In this document: piece by piece, positions 31,343-41,394 of the stretch
Position numbering within the stretch: position 1 is the stretch's first letter
Layout of the letters: the number at the start of each line of letters is the position of its first letter
DNA from: Promethearchaeia archaeon
Lineage (GTDB): Archaea > Asgardarchaeota > Lokiarchaeia > Sigyniarchaeales > SOKP01
Direction: 5' to 3'
NCBI GenBank assembly: GCA_029856045.1
Contig: JAHQWG010000039.1
Span: 1-64,000, forward strand
DNA: 64,000 nt
Program-made: the position numbers and the translations under genes
Notes under the pieces: model-generated
The model's input: the letters and a program-made list of their open reading frames with translations, nothing else
Database searches by the model: none
Told to the model about the DNA's origin: nothing

Positions 31343-32803
31343 TTATTCTTTTTTTACATTATTTAAGGAAGTTTTTAAGACACTCTCGAATTTTTCACAT
31401 GCAAAATCGGCGTCTTCTTCAGTAATATTCAATGGAGGTTTAATCTTTATAACATTTCGCATTAACATTTGTCCAGTACCAGAAAAGATTGGCATACTTG
31501 GTCCTAAAAAGATTTGTTGTTTGGGTCCTTCTAAAACCATTTCTTCTAATAACTCCGTAAAAGGTTCTCTGGATTTTTGATCCTTGACTAATTCAATTCC
31601 AATGAATAAGCCAGGACCGCGAATATCACCTATAACTTCATATTTTTCTTGAAGTTCAAGTAATCTTTTTGTAATTTGCTTTCCTCTGGCTTCACAATTC
31701 TCCCCTATCTTTTCTTTCTCGAGAACTTTAATAGCAGCAAGTGACGCTGCTAAACTTATGGGTGTGGAGCTAAAAGTAGTATGTTCTTCCGTTGGAGTGT
31801 AACGTTTCTTAATTTTTGGCGATGCAATCATCGCTCCTAGAGGGAAACCGCCTCCAATTGCTTTAGTAAATGCCATCATATCTGGAGATACATCAATTCC
31901 TAGTTCTTTTTCATACTTTTCGGTCAATGTAAAATATTTTCCAGTCCTCCAAACACCCGTTTGACACTCATCATAAATTCTAAATATTTTTTCTCGTTCG
32001 CAAACATCTTTTAATTTTTTGAGAAAATTAGGAGGGAAGGCAATATGGCCTCCTGCTGCTTGCCATGGCTCTAGTATAACTCCTGCGAGTTTTTTGGGGG
32101 CCATTCCCATTAAATATTTCTCGACCAAATCAAAGCATTCTAAATTACATTGAGGATCCCTTTTACCATAGAGTCCATTTTTATATTTCCATAAACATCG
32201 ATAACAATAAGGGTGAGGAACTCTGGTGAAATGGTCAGTTCCAAAGGCCGAAAATCGTGTGACCGCATGAAATGGTTGTGATACACCAAATGTTGCTAAT
32301 GAGGTGCCGTGATATCCGTGGAAAAATGTTAAGAAATGATCTGCGCCCCTCCCTGCAATGATCGCTAATTTTATGGCAGCTTCAATAGCTAAACCTCCAC
32401 CTTGGTTATTTACAACAACTCTTCCATCTTTCAGCTTTCCTGGAGCTAGTTCAGCCAATTTATTACAAAATTTAGCGCGAGCAGGAGTTAAACATCCTGA
32501 TCTTACGTGAGTTAATCTTTTCATCTGTTCATATACAGCATAATTAACATCCGGATGTGCAAATCCTAAGGCAAGAGTCCAATTCATTGATGTACAATCA
32601 AATATTTCCTCTCTTTCACCAGTTTTATTATCTTTTACAATAACCCAGGGTGAACCGGGCTCTTTCGCTTCGATTATCGTTTTAGGCTCAACAAAATTAT
32701 TTAGCGAATGTTTATCAAAATTCTCTATTTCTTCTAAGGAAATATCAGATGAGATTCCTTCTAATTCTTCCTTATCAATATATTTTGGATTAATATCTAC
32801 CAT
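31343..32803 (-). CDS. class III PLP-dependent aminotransferase
   Basis: LGFAHP, GYHG, ILEP, DECQTG, PDMMAFTKAIGGG, GDIRGPGLFIGIELV. Confidence 0.92.
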   Translation of the reverse strand: MVDINPKYIDKEELEGISSDISLEEIENFDKHSLNNFVEPKTIIEAKEPGSPWVIVKDNKTGEREEIFDCTSMNWTLALGFAHPDVNYAVYEQMKRLTHVRSGCLTPARAKFCNKLAELAPGKLKDGRVVVNNQGGGLAIEAAIKLAIIAGRGADHFLTFFHGYHGTSLATFGVSQPFHAVTRFSAFGTDHFTRVPHPYCYRCLWKYKNGLYGKRDPQCNLECFDLVEKYLMGMAPKKLAGVILEPWQAAGGHIAFPPNFLKKLKDVCEREKIFRIYDECQTGVWRTGKYFTLTEKYEKELGIDVSPDMMAFTKAIGGGFPLGAMIASPKIKKRYTPTEEHTTFSSTPISLAASLAAIKVLEKEKIGENCEARGKQITKRLLELQEKYEVIGDIRGPGLFIGIELVKDQKSREPFTELLEEMVLEGPKQQIFLGPSMPIFSGTGQMLMRNVIKIKPPLNITEEDADFACEKFESVLKTSLNNVKKE

Positions 32804-32926
32804 TTTTATACATTCTCAATATATTTTTAATAAAAATAATATCCTATATTTTATCTAAAATGATATCATTTAAGAATTATAATATTAAGCTACTTTAATG
32901 GAGTAAAACAAATATTATAATCTAAG

Positions 32927-34561
32927 ATGATAACAAAAGATTACTTCTTAGGATTGGATTGTTCAACTCAAAGTCTCACGGGAATCATTATTGATTTTAA
33001 AAGTAAAAAACCCGTTATTTCAAGATCACTCCCTTTTAGTGAATATTTTCCTCATTATGATACAGACCATGGGATTATAAAATTTGAGGATGAAAAGGTT
33101 GTTCATTCATATCCACTTATGTGGGTCGAAGCTTTGGACTTGATTTTTTCTAAATTTAGAGAAGCAGCAATTGATTTGAGTCTGATAAAAGCAATTTCAG
33201 GAAGCGGACAACAACATGGTACCGTATATTTAAATGAAAAATTTTTTAAAGCGCTTAAAAATCTTGATTCCAGCAAGAGTCTAAAAGAACAACTCGAGAA
33301 TGTATTTTCTAGGGAGACTGCACCTATTTGGATGGATTCCAGCACTAATAAACAATGTGAAGAGATTAGAGAAACACTTGGGGGAAAGAAAGAGATTATT
33401 AAATTTACTGGCTCAGATACATTTGAACGTTTCTCTGGACCGCAGATAAGAAAATTTTATCAGGAAAATCCAGAAGCTTATAAAAGGACAAAAGTGATTC
33501 ATCTTGTAAGTTCATTTATGGCTTCAGTTTTATTAGGCGATAATGCTCCAATTGATCATGGAGATGGAGCAGGAATGAATTTAATGGACATTAAAACGAA
33601 AAATTGGAGTGATAAAGCATTAAAAGCAACAGCCCCTAATTTAAAAGATAAGCTTCCAGATTTAATTGAGTCTTATCATATTATAGGAACGATCTCTCCC
33701 TATTTTGTCAAAAAATATGGCTTTAATTCTAAGACCATTCTTTTACCTTGGTCTGGCGATAATCCAAATAGTCTTATTGGTGTTGGATTAATCGAGAAGG
33801 GAAAGGCAGCAATTAGTTTAGGTACAAGCGATACGTATTTTGGTTTTATGGAAAAATTACATATAGATCCTCATGGAGAAAGCCATGTATTTGGTTCTCC
33901 AACAGGTCATTATATGAGCTTAATCTGCTTTAAAAATGGCGCTATTGCCAGAGAAAAGATTAAAAATAAATTTAATTTGAGTTGGGATGAATTTTCTAAA
34001 ATATTAGAAAAAATACCTCCAGGAAATAATGGAAATATAATGTTACCATATTTTCTTCCTGAAATTGTCCCGCATATATTAAATCCCAAAGTATATAGGT
34101 TTGGTTTTGATGAGAATAATAAGGATGCAAATGTTCGGGCTATTATCGAATCACAGATATTATCAATGAAACACCATTCTGAATGGATTGGAGAAAAGCC
34201 AGACATTATTTATGCTACTGGAGGAGCTTCAAAAGATATTGCAATACTTCAAATTATTGCGGATGTTAATGATGTTGATGTCGTTCAATTTGAAATCAGT
34301 GATTCCGCTGCATTAGGAGCAGCATTAAGGAGTGCTAAAACTTATTACGATAAAAATGGAGTTAAAAAATCGTGGTCAGATATTGTAAAAGATTTTACTT
34401 CATTGAGAGGAACTGTTATATCTCCTCGAAAAAAATATCGAAAATTGTATGATGATATGGTTCTTTTATATAAGGAATATGAAGATTTTGTGCTGCGTGG
34501 TGGAATAAATCCAGAAAAACATCGCCAAAAATTTAAGGAAATATATTTTAAAAAGAATTAA
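32927..34561 (+). CDS. FGGY carbohydrate kinase, eukaryote-type D-xylulokinase (XYLB/XKS1-like)
   Basis: GLDCSTQ, MWVEALD, SGSGQQHGTVY, WMDSST..QC, ERFSGPQIRK, LVSSFMAS, GDNP, SLGTSDT, TGGAS. Confidence 0.85.
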   Translation: MITKDYFLGLDCSTQSLTGIIIDFKSKKPVISRSLPFSEYFPHYDTDHGIIKFEDEKVVHSYPLMWVEALDLIFSKFREAAIDLSLIKAISGSGQQHGTVYLNEKFFKALKNLDSSKSLKEQLENVFSRETAPIWMDSSTNKQCEEIRETLGGKKEIIKFTGSDTFERFSGPQIRKFYQENPEAYKRTKVIHLVSSFMASVLLGDNAPIDHGDGAGMNLMDIKTKNWSDKALKATAPNLKDKLPDLIESYHIIGTISPYFVKKYGFNSKTILLPWSGDNPNSLIGVGLIEKGKAAISLGTSDTYFGFMEKLHIDPHGESHVFGSPTGHYMSLICFKNGAIAREKIKNKFNLSWDEFSKILEKIPPGNNGNIMLPYFLPEIVPHILNPKVYRFGFDENNKDANVRAIIESQILSMKHHSEWIGEKPDIIYATGGASKDIAILQIIADVNDVDVVQFEISDSAALGAALRSAKTYYDKNGVKKSWSDIVKDFTSLRGTVISPRKKYRKLYDDMVLLYKEYEDFVLRGGINPEKHRQKFKEIYFKKN

Positions 34562-34604
34562 AAAAACTTAAAGGTTTAGCCCATGTGTTTTTTATCCTAA
34601 AATT

Positions 34605-37600
34605 CTATATAATTTCAACCATTTTAACTGGTTTTATTATAACTGGGCCAATTAAGCCCGAAGGCATAAATTCCTTTTTCCTTTTATGATTTTTCCAATT
34701 TTTCCCTCCTTTTTTACCATACCCAATCAATCGATTACGCAATGTTGGAGTTATTATAATTTCAATAATATTTTCTCCAGTTTTAACATAATCGCTAATA
34801 TCTACTTCATATGGATAAACCAATAATGGTTGAGTATCAATATTGTTAATTTTTACAACTGCAACGTCGTGAACTCGACCGAGATTTAAAATTAATTTTA
34901 AGTCTTCTTGGATGTATTTTTCATCTAATGAGAATTTTGATGTATAAACACCTTTACTTGAGCAATATTTTAATTCCATTATATTACACCAATCTTTTAA
35001 TTCCTCAAAATAAATTTGAATAGGTGTGAAATTACCCAAATGATCTCGTAGCTGAGTTTTAAAATCCCATTTTTTAAGTGGAATAGGAGGAGGTATTTCA
35101 TTTTGGATTTTTATAACTTTCTCAGAATCATTGCTTAATTTTACTAAAAATTTACCAGTAGTTTCAATTAATCCAAAAATTTTATTATTAATTCTTTTAG
35201 TTTTGATTGGACTCTCGACAACATGAAACTCTTCTTTACTTTTCCTAAATTCTATGATATAAGAATCATAAGCATCAAAATGTAAATGCATTTTAATATG
35301 ACCATTTTCCTGTTTATACTGGACTGCTTGACTAATTTCTCCTGTCCATGGATTTAATATAAAAGGAATTTTGTCAAAATGAGAAAATATCATTGAGATA
35401 TTTATCGGTTGATTGGTTGAATGACGAAGGAAATAACAGTCAGAATTTTCTGTAGCCTTATGAATGTAATAAATTGAAGGTTGTTGTCCCTCATATAAAA
35501 TTCCAGGTTTAATTTCTAAATATTCTATAATATATTGAGATATATTTATAGAACTCTCAACGTAATAAGATTTCTTCTTTTCAATTAAATTCTTAATAAT
35601 GCCTTCTATCTCTTTATCATTTACTTCAAAATCTAAATATCCGGGTTGTTTTTTAGGTAAAATATTGATGAATATAATTGGGATTCCTGATGCAGCAATA
35701 TCATTTAGTTTACTTGCTAAATCAAGTGAAATAGCATCAACACTCGGTAGTATTAATACCTCAAATTTAGCTCCCCCTATTAAAATTTTATTTTCCTTAA
35801 CTTTACTATTTAATATACTTTCTTCATTGACGTGTGTATAATAAAAACCATTTGCAGTTAGGTTATCTGCTAAATTTATTAGAGATAAAGTCCACTTGTC
35901 ATTGCTGTCTAAATTTTTCTTATTTTTTAAATAGGCGTTAGTCTGACCTTTTGCTAAAGGAGCATCATTTTCATCCAAATACCCACCGACCAATTCTTCT
36001 TTTTTTAATATGGAATCACAATAATTAAATACTGGATAAAAGATTGCAACATTAGATACAGTTTTCCCGTGTTGTAATACATATTGGCATCTAGTTATAT
36101 ATTTATTCATTAGAGGAAAATACTCAGAAAATGGATTCATTCGACTAAAATTTGATGAAAAATTCATTAAATTTGGTAAATAAGGTGTAGAAAATCCACA
36201 ATAACCAGGGTATGGAAACAATGGATTCTGATAAGGGAAACCATGATATATCATCTGATTAATTCCTGAAATAAATAATCTATCTGCAGCAACTTTCCAC
36301 TTAAGTGGGGTTGTCATGTAATCTCTCTGATTCCATACAATGGATTCAGCCGTGACAATGGGTTTCTCATATATTAAACCTGCAGAACCAGCTAATTTCA
36401 AAAAATCAATAATTCCTCCAGCATAAAGTTGTTCGGTTTCGGGTATATGAGCAATTCCAAAACATTTTAAAGTATCTGTTCTAATACCATAAGCTTGAAT
36501 TCGATTTTTTAATTTATACTTATTGGCCCAATCTGTCATTGTTTGAACAAACTCTTCACAAAATAAGTCTGAAATTGTTTTTTCAAAATCATATCTAATT
36601 TTATCTCCGCTATCATCTTTAAAATCAAAACAAGGAGTTTCGCCACCAATAAATGCTTGGAGATATTTATTATCTCTATTTGGAACAAAACATACCGGAA
36701 GAAAGGGTGTTAAATCATATCCTCGTCGCTTTTTAAATTGTTCTAAAAAATTATCTGTCCATAACCAATCAGAACTTAATTCCAAACTATCTGTGAAAAA
36801 TGCCCTTAAAGTATTCCCATAATAATTCCCAAAATATTTCTTTCCTTCCCCTAGATGTACATCTAAATGCTTTCTAATAGAATTAGATGAGAGATGATCT
36901 ATAACCAAACTAACTTTTTCAGGAGAAGATCTGCAATCAAATAATGGTATTGATCCTGAAGGACCCTTGTAGAAAGCAAATATCTGCCAATCGCCTTCAG
37001 GTACTTGCCAATCTAAAATATTATTATATTCTACCTTATCAGTTAATATTATAATTGATTCTTTATCAAGATAAGCGGTCTCAATTTCTTTATATTTGAT
37101 TTCACCTGGTTTTCCTATCGGTTTAGCTGCTACAACAGCTTCTACTCTCATATCTTCCTTGAAAAATTCCCTCTGACCTAGCCCTACATTTGGTGGTTTT
37201 TGAAATTGTGGTAATTCACCTACATAGCGTATCGGGCCTTTTATAATTTTTTGCCCGATTAATAAAACTTTCATAGAATCATCTTTAGTAATGTGAGTAC
37301 CTCCAGCAGGCCAAGAAGAACCAATAGTGATGTCTATTATCATATCTCGTTTTGATGCTTCTTCCAAGACAACCTTAATCATTTCATAGTAATAGGGTTG
37401 CATAAACCTATGAGAACGAGCAACTCTTTTCATATCTTTTTTTTCCAATCCCATTGGAGAACCTATCATAAAAACTTGAATTTCGGCTCCTAAAAAACCC
37501 GCCTCATCCAATTCTTGGACTTCTTTTACCAATTCTTCTTGTTCTACATCTAATCCCGTCCACCACCAGCGCACTGTTGGACCAAAAGATTTAGGAGGTT

Positions 37601-37658
37601 GTATAAATTCATCCCAATCAATATCTTTTAGATTAAGCATCTTTTTTCGATATTTCAA
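34605..37658 (-). CDS. glycoside hydrolase family 106 (alpha-L-rhamnosidase-like)
   Basis: PTVRWWW, GSSWPAGG, FFTDSLE, WTDNFLEQFKKRRGYDL, GINQMIYHG, terminal PSGLIGPV. Confidence 0.85.
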   Translation of the reverse strand: MKYRKKMLNLKDIDWDEFIQPPKSFGPTVRWWWTGLDVEQEELVKEVQELDEAGFLGAEIQVFMIGSPMGLEKKDMKRVARSHRFMQPYYYEMIKVVLEEASKRDMIIDITIGSSWPAGGTHITKDDSMKVLLIGQKIIKGPIRYVGELPQFQKPPNVGLGQREFFKEDMRVEAVVAAKPIGKPGEIKYKEIETAYLDKESIIILTDKVEYNNILDWQVPEGDWQIFAFYKGPSGSIPLFDCRSSPEKVSLVIDHLSSNSIRKHLDVHLGEGKKYFGNYYGNTLRAFFTDSLELSSDWLWTDNFLEQFKKRRGYDLTPFLPVCFVPNRDNKYLQAFIGGETPCFDFKDDSGDKIRYDFEKTISDLFCEEFVQTMTDWANKYKLKNRIQAYGIRTDTLKCFGIAHIPETEQLYAGGIIDFLKLAGSAGLIYEKPIVTAESIVWNQRDYMTTPLKWKVAADRLFISGINQMIYHGFPYQNPLFPYPGYCGFSTPYLPNLMNFSSNFSRMNPFSEYFPLMNKYITRCQYVLQHGKTVSNVAIFYPVFNYCDSILKKEELVGGYLDENDAPLAKGQTNAYLKNKKNLDSNDKWTLSLINLADNLTANGFYYTHVNEESILNSKVKENKILIGGAKFEVLILPSVDAISLDLASKLNDIAASGIPIIFINILPKKQPGYLDFEVNDKEIEGIIKNLIEKKKSYYVESSINISQYIIEYLEIKPGILYEGQQPSIYYIHKATENSDCYFLRHSTNQPINISMIFSHFDKIPFILNPWTGEISQAVQYKQENGHIKMHLHFDAYDSYIIEFRKSKEEFHVVESPIKTKRINNKIFGLIETTGKFLVKLSNDSEKVIKIQNEIPPPIPLKKWDFKTQLRDHLGNFTPIQIYFEELKDWCNIMELKYCSSKGVYTSKFSLDEKYIQEDLKLILNLGRVHDVAVVKINNIDTQPLLVYPYEVDISDYVKTGENIIEIIITPTLRNRLIGYGKKGGKNWKNHKRKKEFMPSGLIGPVIIKPVKMVEII

Positions 37659-37768
37659 TTTTTCAAGATTAATTAAATTTTTATAATTGAAAAGAGTAAT
37701 TCTTTACCAATCAATTCAATTATCAGATAAATAAAAACTTATAAACTTCAAAGTTTAAATTCATAATT

Positions 37769-39079
37769 ATGTCGAGACGAGATATTGCTTGGTATGAAAA
37801 TCCTGAAATAAAAGGTTTATTTATCAAAGCAGCAAGCAATGCAATGCGTGGATACCATTCTCCCATAACAAGTCCCAAAACTACTTTTACTGGAACAAAC
37901 AGTTTAACTGATTTTATAAATCATTTAGGAGCATTTTTAAAGGATGGAGAAAAAAGGGTTTTGATAGTTGTTGATAAAGATTTGAGAAAGTTTGGAGAGA
38001 AGGTAGCTGAGCGATTGGCAACTTTAAAAGGCATTGATTCAAGGCTATTCGATAATGTTTTATCAGATGTTCCCAAATATACTGTTTCAGAAGGAGTAGA
38101 AATCTGTAAAGAATATGATCCAAAGGTAATTATATCTGTAGGAGGAGGTTCTGCTATTGATACCAGCAAAATGATTTTATTATATTATGAGAAACCGGAG
38201 ATTAATCTAAATAATTTAATGGCTCCAAGTTATTTAGGTCTTAGAAAAAAAGTATATTGGTTAGTTGCTATACCAACCACAAGTGGAACCGGAGCCGAAA
38301 CTACTTTTATTGCGGTTGTATCCGATACAGATCGAGACCCGCCAAAAAAGACTGAAGTTGTATTATATGAACTTTGTCCGGATTTCGCCGTATTAGTTCC
38401 TGAATTTGTAAAAACTATGCCTCCATACTTAACTATGGGGACAGGAATGGATGCTTTAGCACACGCTATGGGGAGTTATGTCTTAACAATGAGTACGGAT
38501 TTTTCAGATATGTGTAATTTAAAGGCCATTGAATTAATATTAAAATATCTTCCACGTTCTGTGAAAAGAGGAAATGATATGGAGGCACGAGAGAAAATGC
38601 AGTTAGCCGCTTATATCGCAGGATTGGGGTTTGGAAATGTTTCTGGTGGAATTGAACATTCAATGGGTCATTCATTTGGGGCTTTGTTTCACGTGCACCA
38701 TGGGGTATGTGTTGGACTATTTCTATGTGCTTCAATTGCATATCAATCGAAGGTAACAAATCGCTTTTTGGACTTAGCGAGGTTATTTAGCGTTAATACA
38801 GAAGGAAGAAAGCGTAATGAGATATTAAAAGAATTATTAGAAAAATTAAGAGAGTTCATGAGGTCGGCAAAGTGCCCTATTTCTATAAGAGAACTTGAAC
38901 AGCCAAAAATTTCCAAGGAAGATTATTTAGCCAATATTGATCAAATGGTTGAATTTGCATTCAATGATTATTGCACCTTATCTTCCTCACGTAAGATTGA
39001 TCCTCCTCAATATAGAAAGATTTTTCTTATGTCATATGAAAACAAAATAGAAGATTTAATGGATTTATATTATAAATAG
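37769..39079 (+). CDS. iron-containing alcohol dehydrogenase
   Basis: GGGSAID, IPTTSGTGAE, GMDALAHA, HSMGH...HHG. Confidence 0.92.
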   Translation: MSRRDIAWYENPEIKGLFIKAASNAMRGYHSPITSPKTTFTGTNSLTDFINHLGAFLKDGEKRVLIVVDKDLRKFGEKVAERLATLKGIDSRLFDNVLSDVPKYTVSEGVEICKEYDPKVIISVGGGSAIDTSKMILLYYEKPEINLNNLMAPSYLGLRKKVYWLVAIPTTSGTGAETTFIAVVSDTDRDPPKKTEVVLYELCPDFAVLVPEFVKTMPPYLTMGTGMDALAHAMGSYVLTMSTDFSDMCNLKAIELILKYLPRSVKRGNDMEAREKMQLAAYIAGLGFGNVSGGIEHSMGHSFGALFHVHHGVCVGLFLCASIAYQSKVTNRFLDLARLFSVNTEGRKRNEILKELLEKLREFMRSAKCPISIRELEQPKISKEDYLANIDQMVEFAFNDYCTLSSSRKIDPPQYRKIFLMSYENKIEDLMDLYYK

Positions 39080-39096
39080 AGAGGAGATGATAACAA

Positions 39097-40953
39097 ATGA
39101 CACAATTATTTGGATATAATGGAAAAATTGCATATATAGACTTAAGCAATCAGAAGGTTGATATTAAAGATCTTGATCCTCAAATTGCAGAAAAGTATAT
39201 TGGTGGAGTGGGTTTATCAGTAAAACTGACTTATGATCTCCTTACGGATAAAGATTATGAAATATTAAAATCAGATCCGTTTGCTGGTATTAACCCACTG
39301 ATTTTTGCAACTGGACCTCTAACAGGAACTGCTACACCTTCTAGCAGCAGATATTCAGTAACGGGGATATCTCCTTTAACGGGAATTTGGGGCGAAGCAA
39401 CGTCGGGGGGATTTTTCCCAATAGCGCTAAAAAGATGTGGTTTTGATGCAATTATTATAACTGGTAATGCTGATAAGCCTTTATATTTGTTTATAAATGA
39501 TGGTATCATTGAATTTAAAGACGCAAAAAATGTATGGGGCAAAAATACAAGGGAAACAATAGAATTAATTAAAAAAGAAATTAATGATGATAAGATTCGT
39601 CTTGCATGTATCGGAAAAGCTGGTGAAAACTTGGTAAAATATGCAGCGGTAATAAATGATGAGGGAAGGGCAGCGGGAAGATGTGGTCTCGGAGCTTTAA
39701 TGGGAAAAAAGAAATTAAAAGCGCTCATTGTTAAAGGAAAAAAAACCATAGAATATTATAGTAAAGATGAATTAATATCTAAAGGCAAAGCCTCATTAAG
39801 AAATATACATAATTCTTTTGCAGTTAATTTCTTTAGTCATTATGGCACATTAATATATTCTGATATGGGAATGGTTCTTGGGGATATTCCGGCAAATTAT
39901 TTCACAAATACGGAATTTGTTGCTGAAAACTTAACAGGACGGGCACTAAAAGAACAATACCCCGTTTTGAAATATGCATGTGCGGGATGTACAATAGGTT
40001 GTGGAAGAATAACAATTACAGAAGTAAACGGTGAAGAAATCGAAGTTCATGGACCAGAATATGAAACAATGGCAGCTTTTGGTCCAATGTGCGGAATCTT
40101 AGATTTTAATCCGATAATTAGGGCAAATCACATTTGCAATCTTGAAGGAGTAGATGTAATATCTGGTGGTGTTTCGATATCATTTTTAATTTATCTTGTT
40201 GAAAATAAAATCGCTTTGGATGAAATTAAAAAAAAATTATCGGATATTAACTTGGAGGAAATAAAATGGGGTAATGACAAAGTTGTACTAAAGTTATTAG
40301 ATAAAATTATTAAAAGGGAAGGAATTGGAGATGTTTTAGCAGATGGTGTCCGTATTATGGCGAAAAAATTGGGAGTAGATCCTGGTTTAGCTGCTCATGT
40401 TAAGGGTTTAGAAATTCCAATGCACGACCCTAGAGCATATGCAGGTCAAGCTCTTACATATTTGACATGTTGCACAGGAGCTAATCACAATAAAGGTGAT
40501 TTCTATAATATCGATGGAGATGCCGCATCATACCCTAAAATGAGAAAAGGTGATCGATTTGATATTAATGGTAGAGAAGCATCAGTTATGGCATATCAAG
40601 ATTTAACCAATATATATGATTCCAGTGTAATTTGTAATTTCACTCATGTAAATATTTCCACTATGTGTCAATTATTAAAAGCAACAACTGGCTTTGAATC
40701 CCTTGGGAAAAAGAAATTATTCATGAAAGCAGGGGAAAGAGGTTCAAATATAAAAAGATTGATTTCATGCAAATTAGGAATAACAAAAAAAGATGATGCC
40801 CTACCAGAAATTGTCACCAGAGTATTAGAGAGTGGTGGTACAGCTGGATTTAAATTGAATTTATCAGAAAATTTGAAAGAATTTTATAAAATAAGGGATT
40901 GGGATGATAATGGTGTCCCAACGAATGAAAAATTAGATGAATTGGAAATCTAA
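39097..40953 (+). CDS. aor: tungsten-containing aldehyde:ferredoxin oxidoreductase family protein
   Basis: SPLTG, IGKAGENLV, RAAGRCGLGA, CAGCTIGC, GPEYET, VKGLEIPMHDPR. Confidence 0.9.
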   Translation: MTQLFGYNGKIAYIDLSNQKVDIKDLDPQIAEKYIGGVGLSVKLTYDLLTDKDYEILKSDPFAGINPLIFATGPLTGTATPSSSRYSVTGISPLTGIWGEATSGGFFPIALKRCGFDAIIITGNADKPLYLFINDGIIEFKDAKNVWGKNTRETIELIKKEINDDKIRLACIGKAGENLVKYAAVINDEGRAAGRCGLGALMGKKKLKALIVKGKKTIEYYSKDELISKGKASLRNIHNSFAVNFFSHYGTLIYSDMGMVLGDIPANYFTNTEFVAENLTGRALKEQYPVLKYACAGCTIGCGRITITEVNGEEIEVHGPEYETMAAFGPMCGILDFNPIIRANHICNLEGVDVISGGVSISFLIYLVENKIALDEIKKKLSDINLEEIKWGNDKVVLKLLDKIIKREGIGDVLADGVRIMAKKLGVDPGLAAHVKGLEIPMHDPRAYAGQALTYLTCCTGANHNKGDFYNIDGDAASYPKMRKGDRFDINGREASVMAYQDLTNIYDSSVICNFTHVNISTMCQLLKATTGFESLGKKKLFMKAGERGSNIKRLISCKLGITKKDDALPEIVTRVLESGGTAGFKLNLSENLKEFYKIRDWDDNGVPTNEKLDELEI

Positions 40954-41028
40954 ATTAACCTTAATTTTTTTTTTTCTATATTTTTCTGTAAAAAAGAATC
41001 TCTATTTACGATTCGATTTTTCTTTCAA

Positions 41029-41253
41029 TTATAATACTTTAAAAAATTGGTCCAATCGTTCCTTACTTTGATATTTAATAAGTTTTCTTAATGATTTTTT
41101 ATCTATACTATCAGTTGCTAACAGAAAAGTCTTAAATTCTCCATCTTGCTCAAAGTTAGCAATTATTTCTATGGTTTTATCTTCTTCTATTTTTACACTC
41201 TCTATCGTATTAAAATCATATATTTGTCCAGATTTTAATTTAATTTCCACCAT
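41029..41253 (-). CDS. small hypothetical protein
   Basis: 74-aa ATG-started ORF in an intergenic gap. Confidence 0.55.
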   Translation of the reverse strand: MVEIKLKSGQIYDFNTIESVKIEEDKTIEIIANFEQDGEFKTFLLATDSIDKKSLRKLIKYQSKERLDQFFKVL

Positions 41254-41394
41254 TTTTTAAAACCATTTCACTTAGATGTGCTACCTTGTGAAGTAATTAT
41301 TACTTCAAATAAAGATAAAATCAATTTATTTTAATATAGAATTGATTTTAAAATTTTGTTAAAAAAAAATAAAAAAAATAAAAAATCAATAAAT

